NCBI GenBank assembly: GCA_964016885.1
Contig: OZ024746.1
Coordinates: 59,706,001-59,770,000 of the forward strand
Direction of reading: 5' to 3'
DNA: 64,000 nt
DNA from: Eledone cirrhosa
Lineage: Eukaryota
The stretch's first letter is position 1; each line of letters opens with the position of its first letter. Under the pieces are notes generated by a model. That model ran no database searches. It was not told the origin of the DNA and saw nothing but the letters and a program-made list of their open reading frames with translations. Below, in pieces: positions 28,501 to 43,568 of the stretch. The translations under genes were made by a program, and so were the position numbers.

Positions 28501-29301
28501 ATATATATATATATATATATTCATGAATATATATGCAAATGTGCAAGTGTACATACACATGTAAATTCATACATATATACACACACACACACACACACAT
28601 ATATACATATATATGTATATATATATATACACACATATATATATATATTATATCATATTATATAATATATATATATTTGTATGTATACGCATGATGAATT
28701 ATATTTCCCCAATAATCATTATCTATCAATAAATGTTATTTTTCTTTTAATTAATGTTTCATGTTTAGTCATTATTTAAAGTATTTATTTCCCTTTTTTA
28801 TTATTATTCCTCCTTTTTTTAATCGCTTTTATTCTGAAAAGTTATTGATCATTACTTTTTTATTATTGTAGTTTTTGTTATTGCAGTTGTTATTGTAGTT
28901 GTAGTTTTTATGTTTTATTGTAGTTGTTGTTATTGTAGTTGTAGTTTTTGTTTTTATTGTAGCTGTTGTTATTGTAGTTGTAGTTTTGTTTTTATTGTAG
29001 TTACAGCTGTTTTTGTTTTCGTTTTCGTTTTTCCGATTTTGATACAATGTTGCTGTTGCTGTTGGTGTTGCTGCTGTTGTTGTTGTTGTCGACGTTGTTT
29101 GTTGATTATCGTTTGCTTTTTGTGTGTTTCTATTGTCAATTTTTACACATGACGAGAATCCATCTTCAGTTTCCCTTCTTTAACACAGTTTCATGAGATA
29201 CTTTATTTTCAAGTTACCATAAAATTTTCCAATAGTTAATTCTTTACATGTGCTTTATATTATTTTACTATATTTAAACATATACATATATATATATATT
29301 A

Positions 29302-29335
<34 letters not shown>

Positions 29336-29390
29336 CATATACACACACACATATATATAATATATATATTATGTGTATATATATATATAT

Positions 29391-29445
<55 letters not shown>

Positions 29446-29491
29446 TATATATATATATATATATATATACATTATATATATATATATATAC

Positions 29492-29533
<42 letters not shown>

Positions 29534-29559
29534 GTATATATATATATATATATATATAT

Positions 29560-29596
<37 letters not shown>

Positions 29597-30319
29597 TATG
29601 TATATACATTATATATATACATTATCTATATATATATATATTGTTTGTTTGTTGATTTTTAGCCTACTCATGGGAATGGAGCGAATTTCCATGTTGTGAA
29701 AATACAGGGATGAAAATAAAAAATTGATAAAAAAAATACGAAACTAAACGACACGAAAGTAAAAACATAATTATACTGAAGGCGTCCTAGCATAAAGCAG
29801 ACGACATTTCCATGCTCCTTTCTTTACCGATTTGATATATTCATTTGTTTATTTACTAATTTCTTTCTTTATTCCTTCATTCTATTTCTTTCTCCCTACC
29901 CATCAATCAGCTTTATTTTATCAATTAAATTCTTTTGTTGTATTTTACTTCTTCATTTCTTCGCCATGTTGGTTGGTTATGTTTTCCTTCTGTTTATTCA
30001 TTTATTACGTTTATATTTTTACCGCCATCTTTCTTTTCTGCTTTCTTTCTTTTATGCACTTTATGTTTCCTTCCTTCACGGAAAAGAAGAAGAAAAACAA
30101 CATAAATGTAACATAAAAAAAAAACAGTCAAAGGAAGGGGGAAGAAAAAAACATTGAGTTCTTAGCTAAATGGATTTTGATTCGTTACATCTAGAACGAC
30201 ACAAAAATACCACTACAATCCACATTGATTTCCTCACTCTCTTCCGTTTAATGTTTCCTATGCAAGCAGGAATGTGTAGGTTACAACAAATTCCCACACC
30301 CACCATCAACACAGCTTTT

Positions 30320-30644
30320 TTCCTTCTTCTTCTTCTTCTTCTTCTTCTTCTTCTTCTTCTACTCCTTTCTTTTTCTGCTTGTTTTTCTTCTTCTTCTTCT
30401 TCTTCTTCTTCTTCTTCTTCTTCTTCTTCTTCTTCTTCTTCTTCTTCTTCTTCTTCTTCACTTTCACTGCACTTTGTCTTTCAGCCATTGCCTCAACATC
30501 ATCCTCATCTTCATCTTCTTCGTAAATTTTCCTCCATCACACTGTTTCTTCGCCTTCTTCTTTTTATCATTATTATTCTTTTAATTATCATTATTATCAT
30601 TATTATTAGTATTATTGTTGTTGTTATTGTTCTTCTTCTTCTTC

Positions 30645-30700
<56 letters not shown>

Positions 30701-31050
30701 GTTTGTTGTTGTTGTTGTTGTTGTTCTCGTTGTTGTTGTTATCATTATTATTATTATTTGTTTTCTTCATTCTCATGACACTTTATCCTTCAACCATTTC
30801 GTCAACCTCATTCTCATCTTCACGATCATCTTCCGCCAAATCTTCCGCTTGCCTCTCTTCTTCTTCTTCTTCTTCTTCTTCTTCTTCTTCTTCTTCTTCT
30901 TCTTCTTCTTCTTCTACTCCTTTCTGTTTCTGCTTGTTTTTCTTCTTCTTCTTCTTCTTCTTCTTCTTCTTCTTCTTCTTCTTCTTCTTCTTCTTCTTCT
31001 TCTTCTTCTTCTTCTTCATCATCATCACCATCATCACCATCATCACCATC
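30320..31050. repeat. (CTT)n/(ATT)n/(GTT)n/(CAT)n trinucleotide cluster with an internal duplication
   Basis: (CTT)n-ACTCCTTTC..TTCTGCTTGTTTTT-(CTT)n occurs at ~30361 and ~30916. Confidence 0.9.
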
Positions 31051-31345
31051 CTCATAATACTTTATCCTTCAATCACATCATAGCCTCTTCTTTATTTCCA
31101 TCTTTGTCCGTCCTCCTCTTGCTAAAATACTCGAAGCATATTCGATTCTTGAAAGCATATTTTTCACCGCTAAGAAGCACAACTGGGAGTTATGGCGGAC
31201 GGAATTGCAGTACTTACACACAAACACTCGCACAAACACACAAACACATACACACACTCACACAAACACACAAACTCGCACGCATACACACAAACACATA
31301 CACACGCACAAACACACAAATGCATACACACACAGACTCATACAT

Positions 31346-31403
<58 letters not shown>

Positions 31404-31954
31404 TCGGTTACAGAGAGGGTGAGAGAGCAAAGCTGTACACAAACACACACAATTACGCACAGCCAAACACACAAGAAGAGAGAAATGCAGCACACAAACA
31501 CATATACAAACATAGAGAGCAACGCATATACACATACAAACTGGCAAACAAACTGACAGAAACACACACATATAAACAGACAAACACACAAACACACACA
31601 CACATATACACATACAAACTGACGCACAAACTGACACAAACACACATATACACATACAAACACACAAAAACACAAACACACAAACACGCAAACACACACA
31701 CACACACACACACATACACACATGCATACACACACGCGCGCACGCTCAATCAGAGCAATGCTGCACACAACAAGAGAGAAATATACAATATACATACATA
31801 GAAAGAGCAACGCTGTACAGAAATACACACAGAGACACAGCAATGCAATCCAATTAGATTGTTAAGACCGTCCTTATTTATATTTGTTCATTATATTTCG
31901 TTTAAGGGAGAGAAATATATAAAATTTCAAAATGAAAATGCAAATTAAATACAA

Positions 31955-32270
31955 ATAAAATACTAAATAAAATAGAAAAAATTAAAAATTAAAATATAAA
32001 TTAGATAGAAATAAAATACTAAATAAAATAGAAAAATTAAAAATAAAAATATAAATTAGATAGAAATAAAATACTAAATAAAATAGAAAAATTAAAAATA
32101 AAAATATAAATTAGATAGAAATAAAAATATTAAAATAAAATAGTAAATTTTAAATAAAAATATAAATTAGATAGAAATAAAAATATTAAAATAAAATAGT
32201 AAATTTTAAATAAAAATATAAATTAGATAGAAATAAAAATATGAAAATAAGATAAAAATTTGAAATAAAA
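31955..32270. repeat. AT-rich minisatellite, ~54-58-bp unit, 5 copies
   Basis: TATAAATTAGATAGAAATAAAA recurs five times. Confidence 0.85.
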
Positions 32271-32584
32271 TAGAAAACGAACAGCCGGTTTGTTACTACT
32301 GTCCATTCAAGTCGGTCGGCTTTTATAACATTTGCTCAATGAAATTCACATGTTCTAATGTTGACATAAATATACATCATTTTACGAACAAACAAATGAA
32401 TAGCGATATAGAAATAAAGAAGAAAGAAATATACTAAAAGAAACGACAGTATTATGTATATAATATAATATTATACATATATATATATATATTATATATA
32501 TATGTATATATGTGTATGTATGTATATATATATATGTGTGTGTTTGTGTGTGTGTGTATATATTTATGTATGTATATATATGTA

Positions 32585-32616
<32 letters not shown>

Positions 32617-32636
32617 ATATATGTTTATATATATAC

Positions 32637-32669
<33 letters not shown>

Positions 32670-32791
32670 ATATATGTTAATATATATACATATATATATA
32701 ATATATGTTTATATATATACCTATATATATATGTATATATATACATATATATACATACATATATGTACATATATATATATACATACATATA

Positions 32792-32874
<83 letters not shown>

Positions 32875-33044
32875 ATTTATGTATTTATGTATGTATGTAT
32901 ACGTGTGTATGTATCATGTATGCGTATACACGCAAAAAACGACATACAGGTAAACATATATGCACATCATTTATATATGAATGTAAATATAATACGTATA
33001 TATTATTGATTGAAATTCGGTTCAACTTGTTTACATTTTGATAT

Positions 33045-33155
<111 letters not shown>

Positions 33156-33677
33156 GTTGAGCCAAAAGAATTGCAATTTTTGGTTCGTCTTCGAACACAA
33201 TAAACGAAATATACAATTGAAAATATTTTATTAAACAAAACTATTAAAATGGCGTTTGTAGCTTCCATCTTATACCAACGTTCAAAATTATAAACAACTC
33301 AATAAGTTCTGTATGCAGAAATACTGTTGTTTTTACTTCCATCACATAGACAGACATATGTGTGTGTGTGTGAGAGAGAGAGAGAGGGGGGGAAGCTAGT
33401 TAGCGAATTAGTAACGTCGTTAGAACGTCGGACAGAATGCTTTGCACTGATTTTTTTATGGCGTGTTGCGTCATTCTGAGTTCAAATTTCACAATAACCA
33501 ACTTTGCCTTTCCTTCTTTTTGAGTCAATAAATACAGTACACACACTCACACACACACACACACACACAGATATATATATATATGGTTACTGCAAACCAG
33601 TTGCAAACCAATCAGGACTTTGAAGAAAAAAAATAGGTATATTTTTGTCTATTGTTTCCTCGCATTTATATATAGAG

Positions 33678-33718
<41 letters not shown>

Positions 33719-34711
33719 TGTATATATATACGGTGGGCTTCCGCAATGTCTTCTTCCACCTAATTTCTTCGAGAAGAAACCATAAGCTTAACGTGCCGTG
33801 CCATACAGTAAGATCGAACCCGCAACCAAGTAGCTGTAAAGAAAAAACTAACTTCTTAACCACTCAGCCTTGCCTTGCACCAATATTAATGGATTTGTAG
33901 CGTTTTATAATTTTAGTTTCCTTTTTAGCAAACATCGGAAGGAAAAAAATAACTATTTTCTTTTTATATAAAGAGTTGACTAAATCAAATTTTGTGGGTT
34001 TATTTTAAGTATTTTAGTACGTTTTTTTTTTTTATAGGCGAGTGTTATTTCTAGAGTTATTTTTTAAAGAACAGTTAAGCTGATTTACTAACCTAAATAA
34101 TATTTAGAAATGGACGCACGAACAAAAAAGAAGCTTAAGAGATTAGATATCGGCTGGAAAGAAGCGCCACCTCCGACGATAGAAAGCACGAACTATTTCC
34201 GCTACAAGGATCATTCGAAAATGATTGTCATATTTAACTCCTTTAGTGAAATATTAACCAGGATAATTTTTTTTAAATATGATCTAAAATTGCGTCTATT
34301 ATTTCTTTTGTTTTCTTTGCCGTGTTCGTTTTTATTTACGGTTCATTTTTTTACCGTCTGCTCTTTTTAACAACGATTCATTGCGTTTCCTTCAAATAGT
34401 TTTGTGGCACGTTTCATATAATGCTATTAAAGTATTATTATTTTGGAGGAGAGAAACCTACGCAATATGAGGAAGGTCAGAGGGGGGGGGGGGCTTGCTA
34501 CACAGAGCGCTCCATGATAGACTGTTTCTAACGACAAAAGAAATAAACGTGAAAATAAAGTACTTTTGTAAAAATGCTTAAGGGGGACTTCGGTGATTAC
34601 TGGAAAGTATATAATGCATAATGGACGATCAGAAATGTCAAGTAGTCTGACTCAAGCTAGGTAGTTGTTTCCCATCCATGTGTAACCATAAATATTTTTC
34701 GTGTTTCATAT

Positions 34712-34872
34712 AGTTTTAGTCTTAGTCTTAGGTTCTTCCACGCCGTTCGGCGCATCGAGCAGTAAGTACTCGCCAACGGTCACGACCAGCGACGGCTTTT
34801 TCGCGTCCGTACCAAGTGATGTTGGCTGCCATCAGGTCCTTTCCAGAACGTTCGTCGCCAGGTGATCCTGGT
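34712..34872 (-). mobile_element. Short LINE 3' remnant with (TAAGAC)n tail
   Basis: Minus translation ..DLMAANITW..AGRDRWRVLTARCAERRGRT* followed by TAAGACTAAGACTAA. Confidence 0.55.
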
Positions 34873-36831
34873 TTTATATAGTATCCTGTATTAATTATTG
34901 TGCTTTATAATAATTTTATATCTATTTCATGTTTTTATCCAATTTGAATATGTATTTTATATAACATCCTTCCCCTACTTTCGTTTTTATATATGCAAGC
35001 TTTGCTTGTTTAGCACCTCAACTATTGTAATCTCTATGTTTATAATGTTTACTGTATTATATTTACAACCTCTTGTGGCTAGTAAATACATAGTAGTAGT
35101 AGCGGCGGCGGTGGTGGTGGTGGTGACGGCGGCGGCTGCGATGGTGGTCGTGGTGGGGTGTAGTAGTAGTAGCAGCAGCAGCAGCAGAAGCAGTAGTAGT
35201 AGTAGTAGTAGTAGTAAATAAAGGTTGGTGGATACGAGCGTCTGTTGAATACCATTTGTACTATAATACACTTATAGTAAACCACTCTTACTATAATACA
35301 AAATGGACCTATAATTCAAAGGGCCAGCCGTGTTACATACACCGTGCCATACTAAATCTCCTTGAGAATGACATTAATGGTATACACATCTGTAAAATAC
35401 TGAGCCACTTGCATGTTAATTTTACACTCCCTTACCATCCTCTGGGGAAACGCTTTCTCTATTCTGTCCGCCGGGGCTGTGGGGCGACCAGCACGTGGGA
35501 CCCCATTTGCCCTTAATACAGAGAGATGGGGAGGGCGAGAGAGATGGAGGCGATGACAGTGGGAGTTCGGTTCTTCCGTGTTCGGACACATTGCACCTGT
35601 CATGTGGATCATGTGATATTTTACTATACATGTGTATTTGTCATTGAGTCACATTGTCGGAACTGACTGAGATCTAAACACACACAGTACAGTGCTTCGC
35701 CAGGCGGTGACGTCGTTGTTGTAGTTACCATTGTCATAACCGTTGAGCCTCACCATGAGTCGTCGTCGTTGTTGTTGTGGATGTAGTAGCTGTAACCGTT
35801 GTAGAAAGTTGTCTGTTTTTATATATTAGTAACCAAAAAGTAAACAACTGCAACACTCATCGTCGAAACCGACGGAGGTCTGTTTTTTTTTCTTTTTTTT
35901 TTTTTATATATTATATTCCACTAACAATCGTTGAAAACTCAGCCTCTAAATAGATGTTTGGTCTGCTTGAAACAGCTGTGAAATCTCTCTAAATGCTCAG
36001 CTACTTGCAGATCGATTTCATGAGCAGGCTCTTTCGTTGATCAATCAATTATAAGACACATCGTTGAAACCGATTGAGATCAATTCCCTTCCATATTTTA
36101 CCATCCCACATTTAAAAAAGAAATTAGAAAAGTATCCGAATACGAAACTAGTTCTCCTGAATTCCATTTAAAAAAAGCTTTGTAAAAGATCTTGATAAAG
36201 CTTGGTATTCTTTTACCTGTAGAAAACAAACGTGAAACTCGTGTCTATAACTGTATACAAGGAGGTGGTCGGGAGTAGGCGAGTAGGTACCAAGATTCTT
36301 ATTAATTTCATGAAGGAATTTCCCTTCTTCTTTCCTTCCAACATATTTTTAGATGGTTTCATTCACTGGTCGATAAAAAGAAATAATATTGTGTAATATA
36401 TTTTAAACAAAATGAAGTTTAGGTGATTTTTCGATCAAAAGCAGTTTTCTCACTAAACCTCCTACATATTACCATTTACAGTTTCGTCTTTTAATAACGT
36501 TTCAAATTTATGAAGACCTCACACTCTCTCTATATATATATATATATTAGCTCACTCTCTCTCTCTATATATATATATATTAGCTCACTCTCTCTCTCTC
36601 TCCCTCTCTCTCTATCACTCTTACTCACTCTCTCTTTCTCTCTCTCTCACTCACTGTCTTTTTCAATTTATTTTTCTCTATCATCTATCTGTCGCTATCT
36701 CTATTTAGCTAGGTAACTAGTTCTCTCTTCCTCCCTCTCTTTTCCTCTCTTCGTCTCTCTCTCTCTCTCTCTCACTCCTCTCGCCCTCTCTCTCTCTATA
36801 TCTCTCTCTATATATCTCTCTCTCTCTCTCG

Positions 36832-36909
<78 letters not shown>

Positions 36910-36984
36910 CACAGACTGTCAAACATACGCGTACATACAAACACATATATCCATATGTGTGTGTATATATATATACATATATAA

Positions 36985-37070
<86 letters not shown>

Positions 37071-37692
37071 GCAGACATATACTGCGGGTTTTCATTGAAT
37101 GCTACACAAAATCTAAACGGAGCAAATCTTTAGAGTTTTAATAAATTTAAAGTATTATAGCTTATTTTTCGATTTAATTCATATATTTGTTTTTATTTAT
37201 ATTTTATTCTATTTTATTTGATTTTTTTTATTCTATTATTTTATATTCTATTTTATTGATATATTCATACACTCATTCATTTGTTCATTCATTTATTTCT
37301 CAAGATGGAGGAGGAAGGATGAGTTTGAAAAGTTTCAACAAATACGCTTATTTAGTTTACATTTCAATAATATTTAATAATTTTTTTTATCAATACGTTT
37401 ATTATCAATTGGAAAAATATAATAACCAAACAAATAAACTCGTATTAGATTTAGCAATTTAATAGGAATACATGCCAAATCTGATTCTATTTCTAATATG
37501 TTGACTAAAATTATTAATATTAAAAGCTACATAGCGGTGAATGTTCAACCAAAAATGTATTTGGATAAAATATTGCATCATTCTGCAGAATTCACAAGAA
37601 GAAAACATTTTTCAAATTTTTACCAAGGAAAATATATCAAGAATATTTTTGAAAAGCATTGAATTTTATTATGATGCACCACAAGTTATTGG

Positions 37693-37749
<57 letters not shown>

Positions 37750-37784
37750 TATATATTATATGATGCACCACAAGTTATTGGGTG

Positions 37785-37840
<56 letters not shown>

Positions 37841-37920
37841 CAGATGTTGATGTGCACATTTATGCATGTGTGTGTAATTATATACTAAAATATATACTGA
37901 CATAACATATAAATATATAA

Positions 37921-38014
<94 letters not shown>

Positions 38015-38435
38015 GTAAACAGATATATATATATATATTTATTTATATCTGTCCCTGAACTACTTCCCAATGGTTTGTTCATATCAATATATGTATGTGC
38101 ATATATATATGTATATATTTGTATGGATATGTATGTGTATATATGTGTGTATGTATATGTGTGTGTGTATATATACGTGCATATATGTATAGAGACTTTT
38201 GTGTATGTATGTGTATGTGTGTGTATACATATTTATATATGTGTGTGTGTTTGTGTGTTTCTTTACGGGTGCGTATATATATGTGTATGCATGTATATGT
38301 ATATATATATATATAAATATGCAGAAGTTATATTTAATTTAAAAATTTTTATAACTGATATAAAGCACTCAACAAGTTAGTGGAGTAAATATACAATATA
38401 TTAATAAATGGAAACTATATTTATAAAACCATATT

Positions 38436-38501
38436 TATTTTATTATACATATTTCAAGGGCAACCAATGCATATTATGGTGCGCTTTCATCAGATAAAAT
38501 A
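38436..38501 (-). ncRNA. Minimal hammerhead ribozyme (family A, left arm)
   Basis: Reverse complement of 38637-38702. Confidence 0.82.
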
Positions 38502-38636
38502 CAGATTTGTTTTATAAATAAACATTGACATACCCGGAAAAAAACAACCTTAACGGTTGGAGGTTCCAGGAAGCTCCAACCGTTAAGGTTGTCTTTTTTT
38601 CCGGGTATGTCAATGTTTATTTATAAAACAAATCTG

Positions 38637-38702
38637 TATTTTATCTGATGAAAGCGCACCATAATATGCATTGGTTGCCCTTGAAATATGTATAATAAAA
38701 TA
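38637..38702 (+). ncRNA. Minimal hammerhead ribozyme (family A, right arm)
   Basis: TATTTTAT CTGATGA [AAGCGCACCA..TGGTTGCCCTT] GAAA TATGTA TA ATAAAATA; perfect 8-bp stem I. Confidence 0.82.
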
Positions 38703-38742
38703 AATATGGTTTTATAAATATAGTTTCCATTTATTAATATAT

Positions 38743-38794
<52 letters not shown>

Positions 38795-38915
38795 GGAGGT
38801 GAGTTTTATTGTAGTACAATAAAGCAATGCAGATATCGGATAAGAAGCACTCTACAGTTTGTGGGACTGGAGTATGCATAATATAAGATCAAAAGATGGT
38901 TAAAGGAGTTCCATA

Positions 38916-38986
38916 TATTTTATTATGCGCATTTCAAAAACAAACATCATCAAGCAATAATATTTGTGTTTTCATCAGATAAAACA
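38916..38986 (-). ncRNA. Minimal hammerhead ribozyme (family B, left arm)
   Basis: Reverse complement of 39134-39204. Confidence 0.82.
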
Positions 38987-39133
38987 GGAGAACATGATAT
39001 GAAGGCTAAAAAACACTTGTTGATAGTGCAGTTTTAAATCAACATATCATGATATGTTGATTTAAAACTGCACTATCAACAAGTGTTTTTTAGCCTTCAT
39101 ATCATGTTCTCCTGTTTTATCTGTTTTATCTCC

Positions 39134-39204
39134 TGTTTTATCTGATGAAAACACAAATATTATTGCTTGATGATGTTTGTTTTTGAAATGCGCATAATAA
39201 AATA
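39134..39204 (+). ncRNA. Minimal hammerhead ribozyme (family B, right arm)
   Basis: TGTTTTAT CTGATGA [AAACACAAATATTATT GCT TGATGATGTTTGTTTTT] GAAA TGCGCA TA ATAAAATA. Confidence 0.82.
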
Positions 39205-39234
39205 TATGGAACTCCTTTAACCATCTTTTGATCT

Positions 39235-39322
<88 letters not shown>

Positions 39323-39654
39323 GTATATGAGTATGGAGCGATATGCATATTTGTATATATAGATTTTACGTTATTATTGAGTACATGTGTGAGTGTGCGC
39401 CTGTGTGTGCGCATTTTTTAGCTAAAGATCACACGTTTATATGTGTGTGTTCGTATTTCCCTGTAGACGCATATACACTTATGTGAGAATGTATACATTT
39501 ACGTACTATTACGTATATGCGTGTGTTTGAATGTGTGTATGTTAATGTTCTGGATATTTATTTATATATTTTTTGCCCGTTATTTGATTTCAGCCTCATT
39601 TTCATATTTCCTAAATTTTGTTTTCAAATCCATATTTAATAAACATTCCATTTT

Positions 39655-39718
39655 ATTCTTTCTGACGACTGAAGACAGATAGAAATATCTGTCTTCAAGA
39701 AACCACTGGTAAATGAAT
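39655..39718 (+). ncRNA. Hammerhead ribozyme, solitary family
   Basis: ATTCTTT CTGACGA C TGAAGACAGATA-GAAA-TATCTGTCTTCA A GAAA CCACTGG TA AATGAAT; 12-bp stem II, GUA triplet; about 100 bp upstream of (TA)n. Confidence 0.8.
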
Positions 39719-39811
39719 GAATTATCTTATGTTGTTTATTACATAACTAAAAAAACTCTGTAGCCTACATAGAGCACTCTCTTTTTCTTCACCTTTCTAC
39801 GGAAATACTTC

Positions 39812-39862
<51 letters not shown>

Positions 39863-40409
39863 TGTAAGTACTCTTGGATTGGTTTTCTAAACAAGGGTAA
39901 AATAAGTTATGCAGACTATATATAATATCAATTTTGAACTGAAGTCACCTCAGTAGTTCCTCACGGACGATATATATTATATATATATACATATATATAT
40001 ATATACACACACACATACATATATATACATATATTTATATGTGTATATATATATATACACACTCAGATATATATAGATATATATATTATAAAGTATAATT
40101 GTCAGAAGAAATAATATATTACTGTTTATCACTAGGATCAAAAAATATAATAAAATATTGGAATTTGAATCTAGTACTTCCCCTCTTACGTACGTTTCTG
40201 TGAATGTATGTGTGTGCATGTGTGTGGAGTGTATACATGCATACATACATACATTTGACTAGAAATGTTTGTCTCTCTGCAAAACAAAAATTATTGCCAA
40301 CTGTAAAAGAATGTCTTCTCGTCACTACTTCCCCATGAGTCATGATGTGAAAGCTAGAACGATCTGGAATGAATTACGAAAGACGTAAATATAACCAGAT
40401 ATGTTGAGA

Positions 40410-40700
40410 ATGATGGCTCAAAGGAATATTGGTGGAACCTAAAAATAAAAACTGCCACTAAATTAAAGCACAACCAACCTGATATTGCTGTTTGAGACCA
40501 CACATTTGAAACATGCTCTGTTGCAAAACCTAGCTGCCCACTTGATGTCAATGTGGTAAGAAAATGTAAGAAAGGAAGATACCTATGAACCTTTGATGAG
40601 GAGTTTTCAGATCCAGTATCCAAGACACCCGTCATTATTGGAGCTACAAATTATATACCAACCCACCTGGGCCAAATTATACCTGAACTTTGATTTGTGA
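40410..40700 (+). pseudogene. Decayed RLE endonuclease domain of an R4/Dong-like LINE
   Basis: EYWWNLKIKTATKLKHNQPDIAV*D..C..SCPLDVNV..PVIIGA parallels [35 protein letters not shown] of the ORF at 6169. Confidence 0.7.
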
Positions 40701-41096
40701 AAGCTAGAAACATCTGGAATGAATTACGAAAGACGAAAATATAATCAGATTTGTAGAGAAAGAACGCTCCTTAATTCATAACTTATAAATTGCTGTGATA
40801 TATGGAAACTCCAAGACTTTTATTTACCTTAACTGCTTCAGCAGACTCATGATCATAGTATTACAGCTGTATATATTCCGTCCTTTTGTAAATCTATCAC
40901 AGATTAGAGATGAAGAGAGACAGGGGGAGGTTGAGAGAGCAGAATGCTTTAAGGATCCTTCAAAACCCTTCCAATTTAAAGCTGGTGCCATTTTTGAAGT
41001 GAGTTTCTGACTAATAAGACAATTGAAGCAAAGTTTGTAGAGGAGTTTTTTGTTCGTTTTTGTTTTTTTGTCTTACTTCATATTGTTCATACTGAA

Positions 41097-41232
41097 GAAA
41101 GAAAGAAAGAAGAAGAAGAAGAAGAAGAAGAAGAAGAAGAAGAAGAAGAAGAAGAAGAAGAAGAAGAAGAAGAAGAAGAAGAAGAAGAAGAAGAAGAAGA
41201 AGAAGAAGAAGAAGAAGAAGAAGAAGAAGAAG
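41097..41232. repeat. (AAG)n microsatellite
   Basis: Read directly. Confidence 0.97.
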
Positions 41233-41589
41233 GAGGAGGAAAAGGGGGAGGAGGCTAGCTGAAGGCTGGCTAAGTTACCACTTATCTCTAAATATCAGGA
41301 GGTAATCTCTCTTAAATGACAAACACAAAAACCTTATTATTTTTTTAATTGTTAGGGTGTAATATGGGGGTGATTTGGCTACAATTCCTCGCATGTCGAA
41401 TGACTGCGTAGAAGCTGATGTAGTAACAGTAGAAGAGACATGTAAACTTGACCTAACGAATATCAAACAGCGCTATGGTTTCATTATGTGTTCAGGAAAG
41501 GAATGTTGAAACCGTGACTTAATCGCGCCTTTTTTTATCATTTTCCTTAATTAATTTCCGGAAGTGAGAGAGATGGAAAAGGAGAAATC

Positions 41590-41760
41590 GATCCTTCAGT
41601 GCTTGATTGGTACTTCATTTATCGACCCAGAAAGGATGAAAAGTAAAACTGACCTCGGTGAGATTTTAACTCAGAGCGCACAAAGCTGGAATTAAACAAG
41701 GTAAAGCATTCTATCCGATTCTGTCCGACGCCATAACGACTCTATCAATTCGCTGCCTTA
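41590..41760 (-). mobile_element. SINE family 1 copy
   Basis: TGGTACTTCATTTATCGACCCAGAAAGGATGAAAAGTAAAACTGACCTCGG. Confidence 0.75.
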
Positions 41761-42315
41761 GCTCTAAGTAGCGATGCCATACGAATACGAACCAACGAAC
41801 TTTTGATCCAGCCATTCATGCGGTAGTCGTCTACAGACAATATCTAGCGTTAATTTATTTTTAGGCCATAAATAGCTAAATAAAGAGGAAGAATAATTCT
41901 TCTCCAGCAGAGCAGTGTGTAAATTATGATTTTTAACATGAAAATCGAACTTGCGGAAAAACAAAGAGTTTTACGATGTCTCAACAGGCGCCATTTGTTC
42001 TATATTCCAGAAGTAGACACTGGCACTGCTTTCCATCAGAGTTGAATTACAAACCAACCAACACATATTTACTATTATGTCAGTCTATTTTCGGCTAGCA
42101 ATTGATCTTGAGAAGAAAAAAAAAGGAGAAACAAACAACAAAAACAACAACAAAAGTGTTTTATACGAAATATCAGTCACGTGGATCAAAGGTGACTAAT
42201 GTATGGAACTATGGGAAGTGGAAAACTGTTCGGAATAATAAATATGAGAAAAAGGAATAGTATCTATGTCTATGTGTGTGTGTTTGTGAGTGGGGGTGTA
42301 TGCGTGTGTGTGTGT

Positions 42316-42376
<61 letters not shown>

Positions 42377-42523
42377 CGTGTGTCCGTGTGTGTGTACCGG
42401 GAAGGACAATGAAAGAGGGGAAAATGATGTATAGAAAAGGTGAGTAAAAGGGAAAAAAGGAGAAAGAGACAGAAAGAGAGAAAGATAAATAGATATACGA
42501 ATAAGTATCAAGATAAATACACA

Positions 42524-42593
<70 letters not shown>

Positions 42594-42671
42594 CATAGAT
42601 ATATATATATATATAAATACATTTATATATATATATATAAATACATATATATATATATATATATATATTTA

Positions 42672-42809
<138 letters not shown>

Positions 42810-42945
42810 CGTGAGTGAAGGTAAAATGTACAAAAATAAAACAAAGAAAACAAAGAAACAAATAAAACAACAGAAATACAGGAAAAAATATAGAAAATAA
42901 ACTATATATTATTGATGGCATGGTAAAAGTGAATTCGATACATAA

Positions 42946-42977
<32 letters not shown>

Positions 42978-43041
42978 ATATATATATATACATATATAAT
43001 ATATATATATATACATATATATATGTATATATATATATAGG

Positions 43042-43118
<77 letters not shown>

Positions 43119-43133
43119 GTATAAATATATAGG

Positions 43134-43195
<62 letters not shown>

Positions 43196-43455
43196 TGTAT
43201 GTATGTGTGTATATAGCTATGTATGTATGTATGTATGTATGTATGTATGTATGTATATGTGTATATATATGCTGAAAACAAAGTGTTACTTTTTAGAACA
43301 CCTTCCAGAAGTTGATACGTTGGATAATTTGTTGAGATTTGAGAATATTTTAAAGTCTTAATGGAAGACCGCATGTCAAAAATGGCTGCCCTCTTGTGGT
43401 ATAACATCACACAAACGTTCGTACACACACACACGCACGCGCACACGCGCGCACA

Positions 43456-43568
<113 letters not shown>

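Larger units (their letters stand above)
38322..38745. mobile_element. Fold-back hammerhead element, family A
   Basis: Arms ~38393-38561 and ~38573-38745, centre near 38567; family 3' tail at 38322-38392. Confidence 0.85.
38793..39240. mobile_element. Spacerless palindromic hammerhead element, family B
   Basis: Arms ~38878-39049 and 39050-39240, axis within ATCA|TGAT; right arm has a small CTGTTTTATC reiteration; unique tail 38793-38877. Confidence 0.85.

Noticed and set aside
34108-34260. Possible exons at ~34108 (+), ~47090-47267 (-) and ~52600-52755 (-)
   Set aside because: Short frames with no recognisable protein similarity and incomplete splice evidence.
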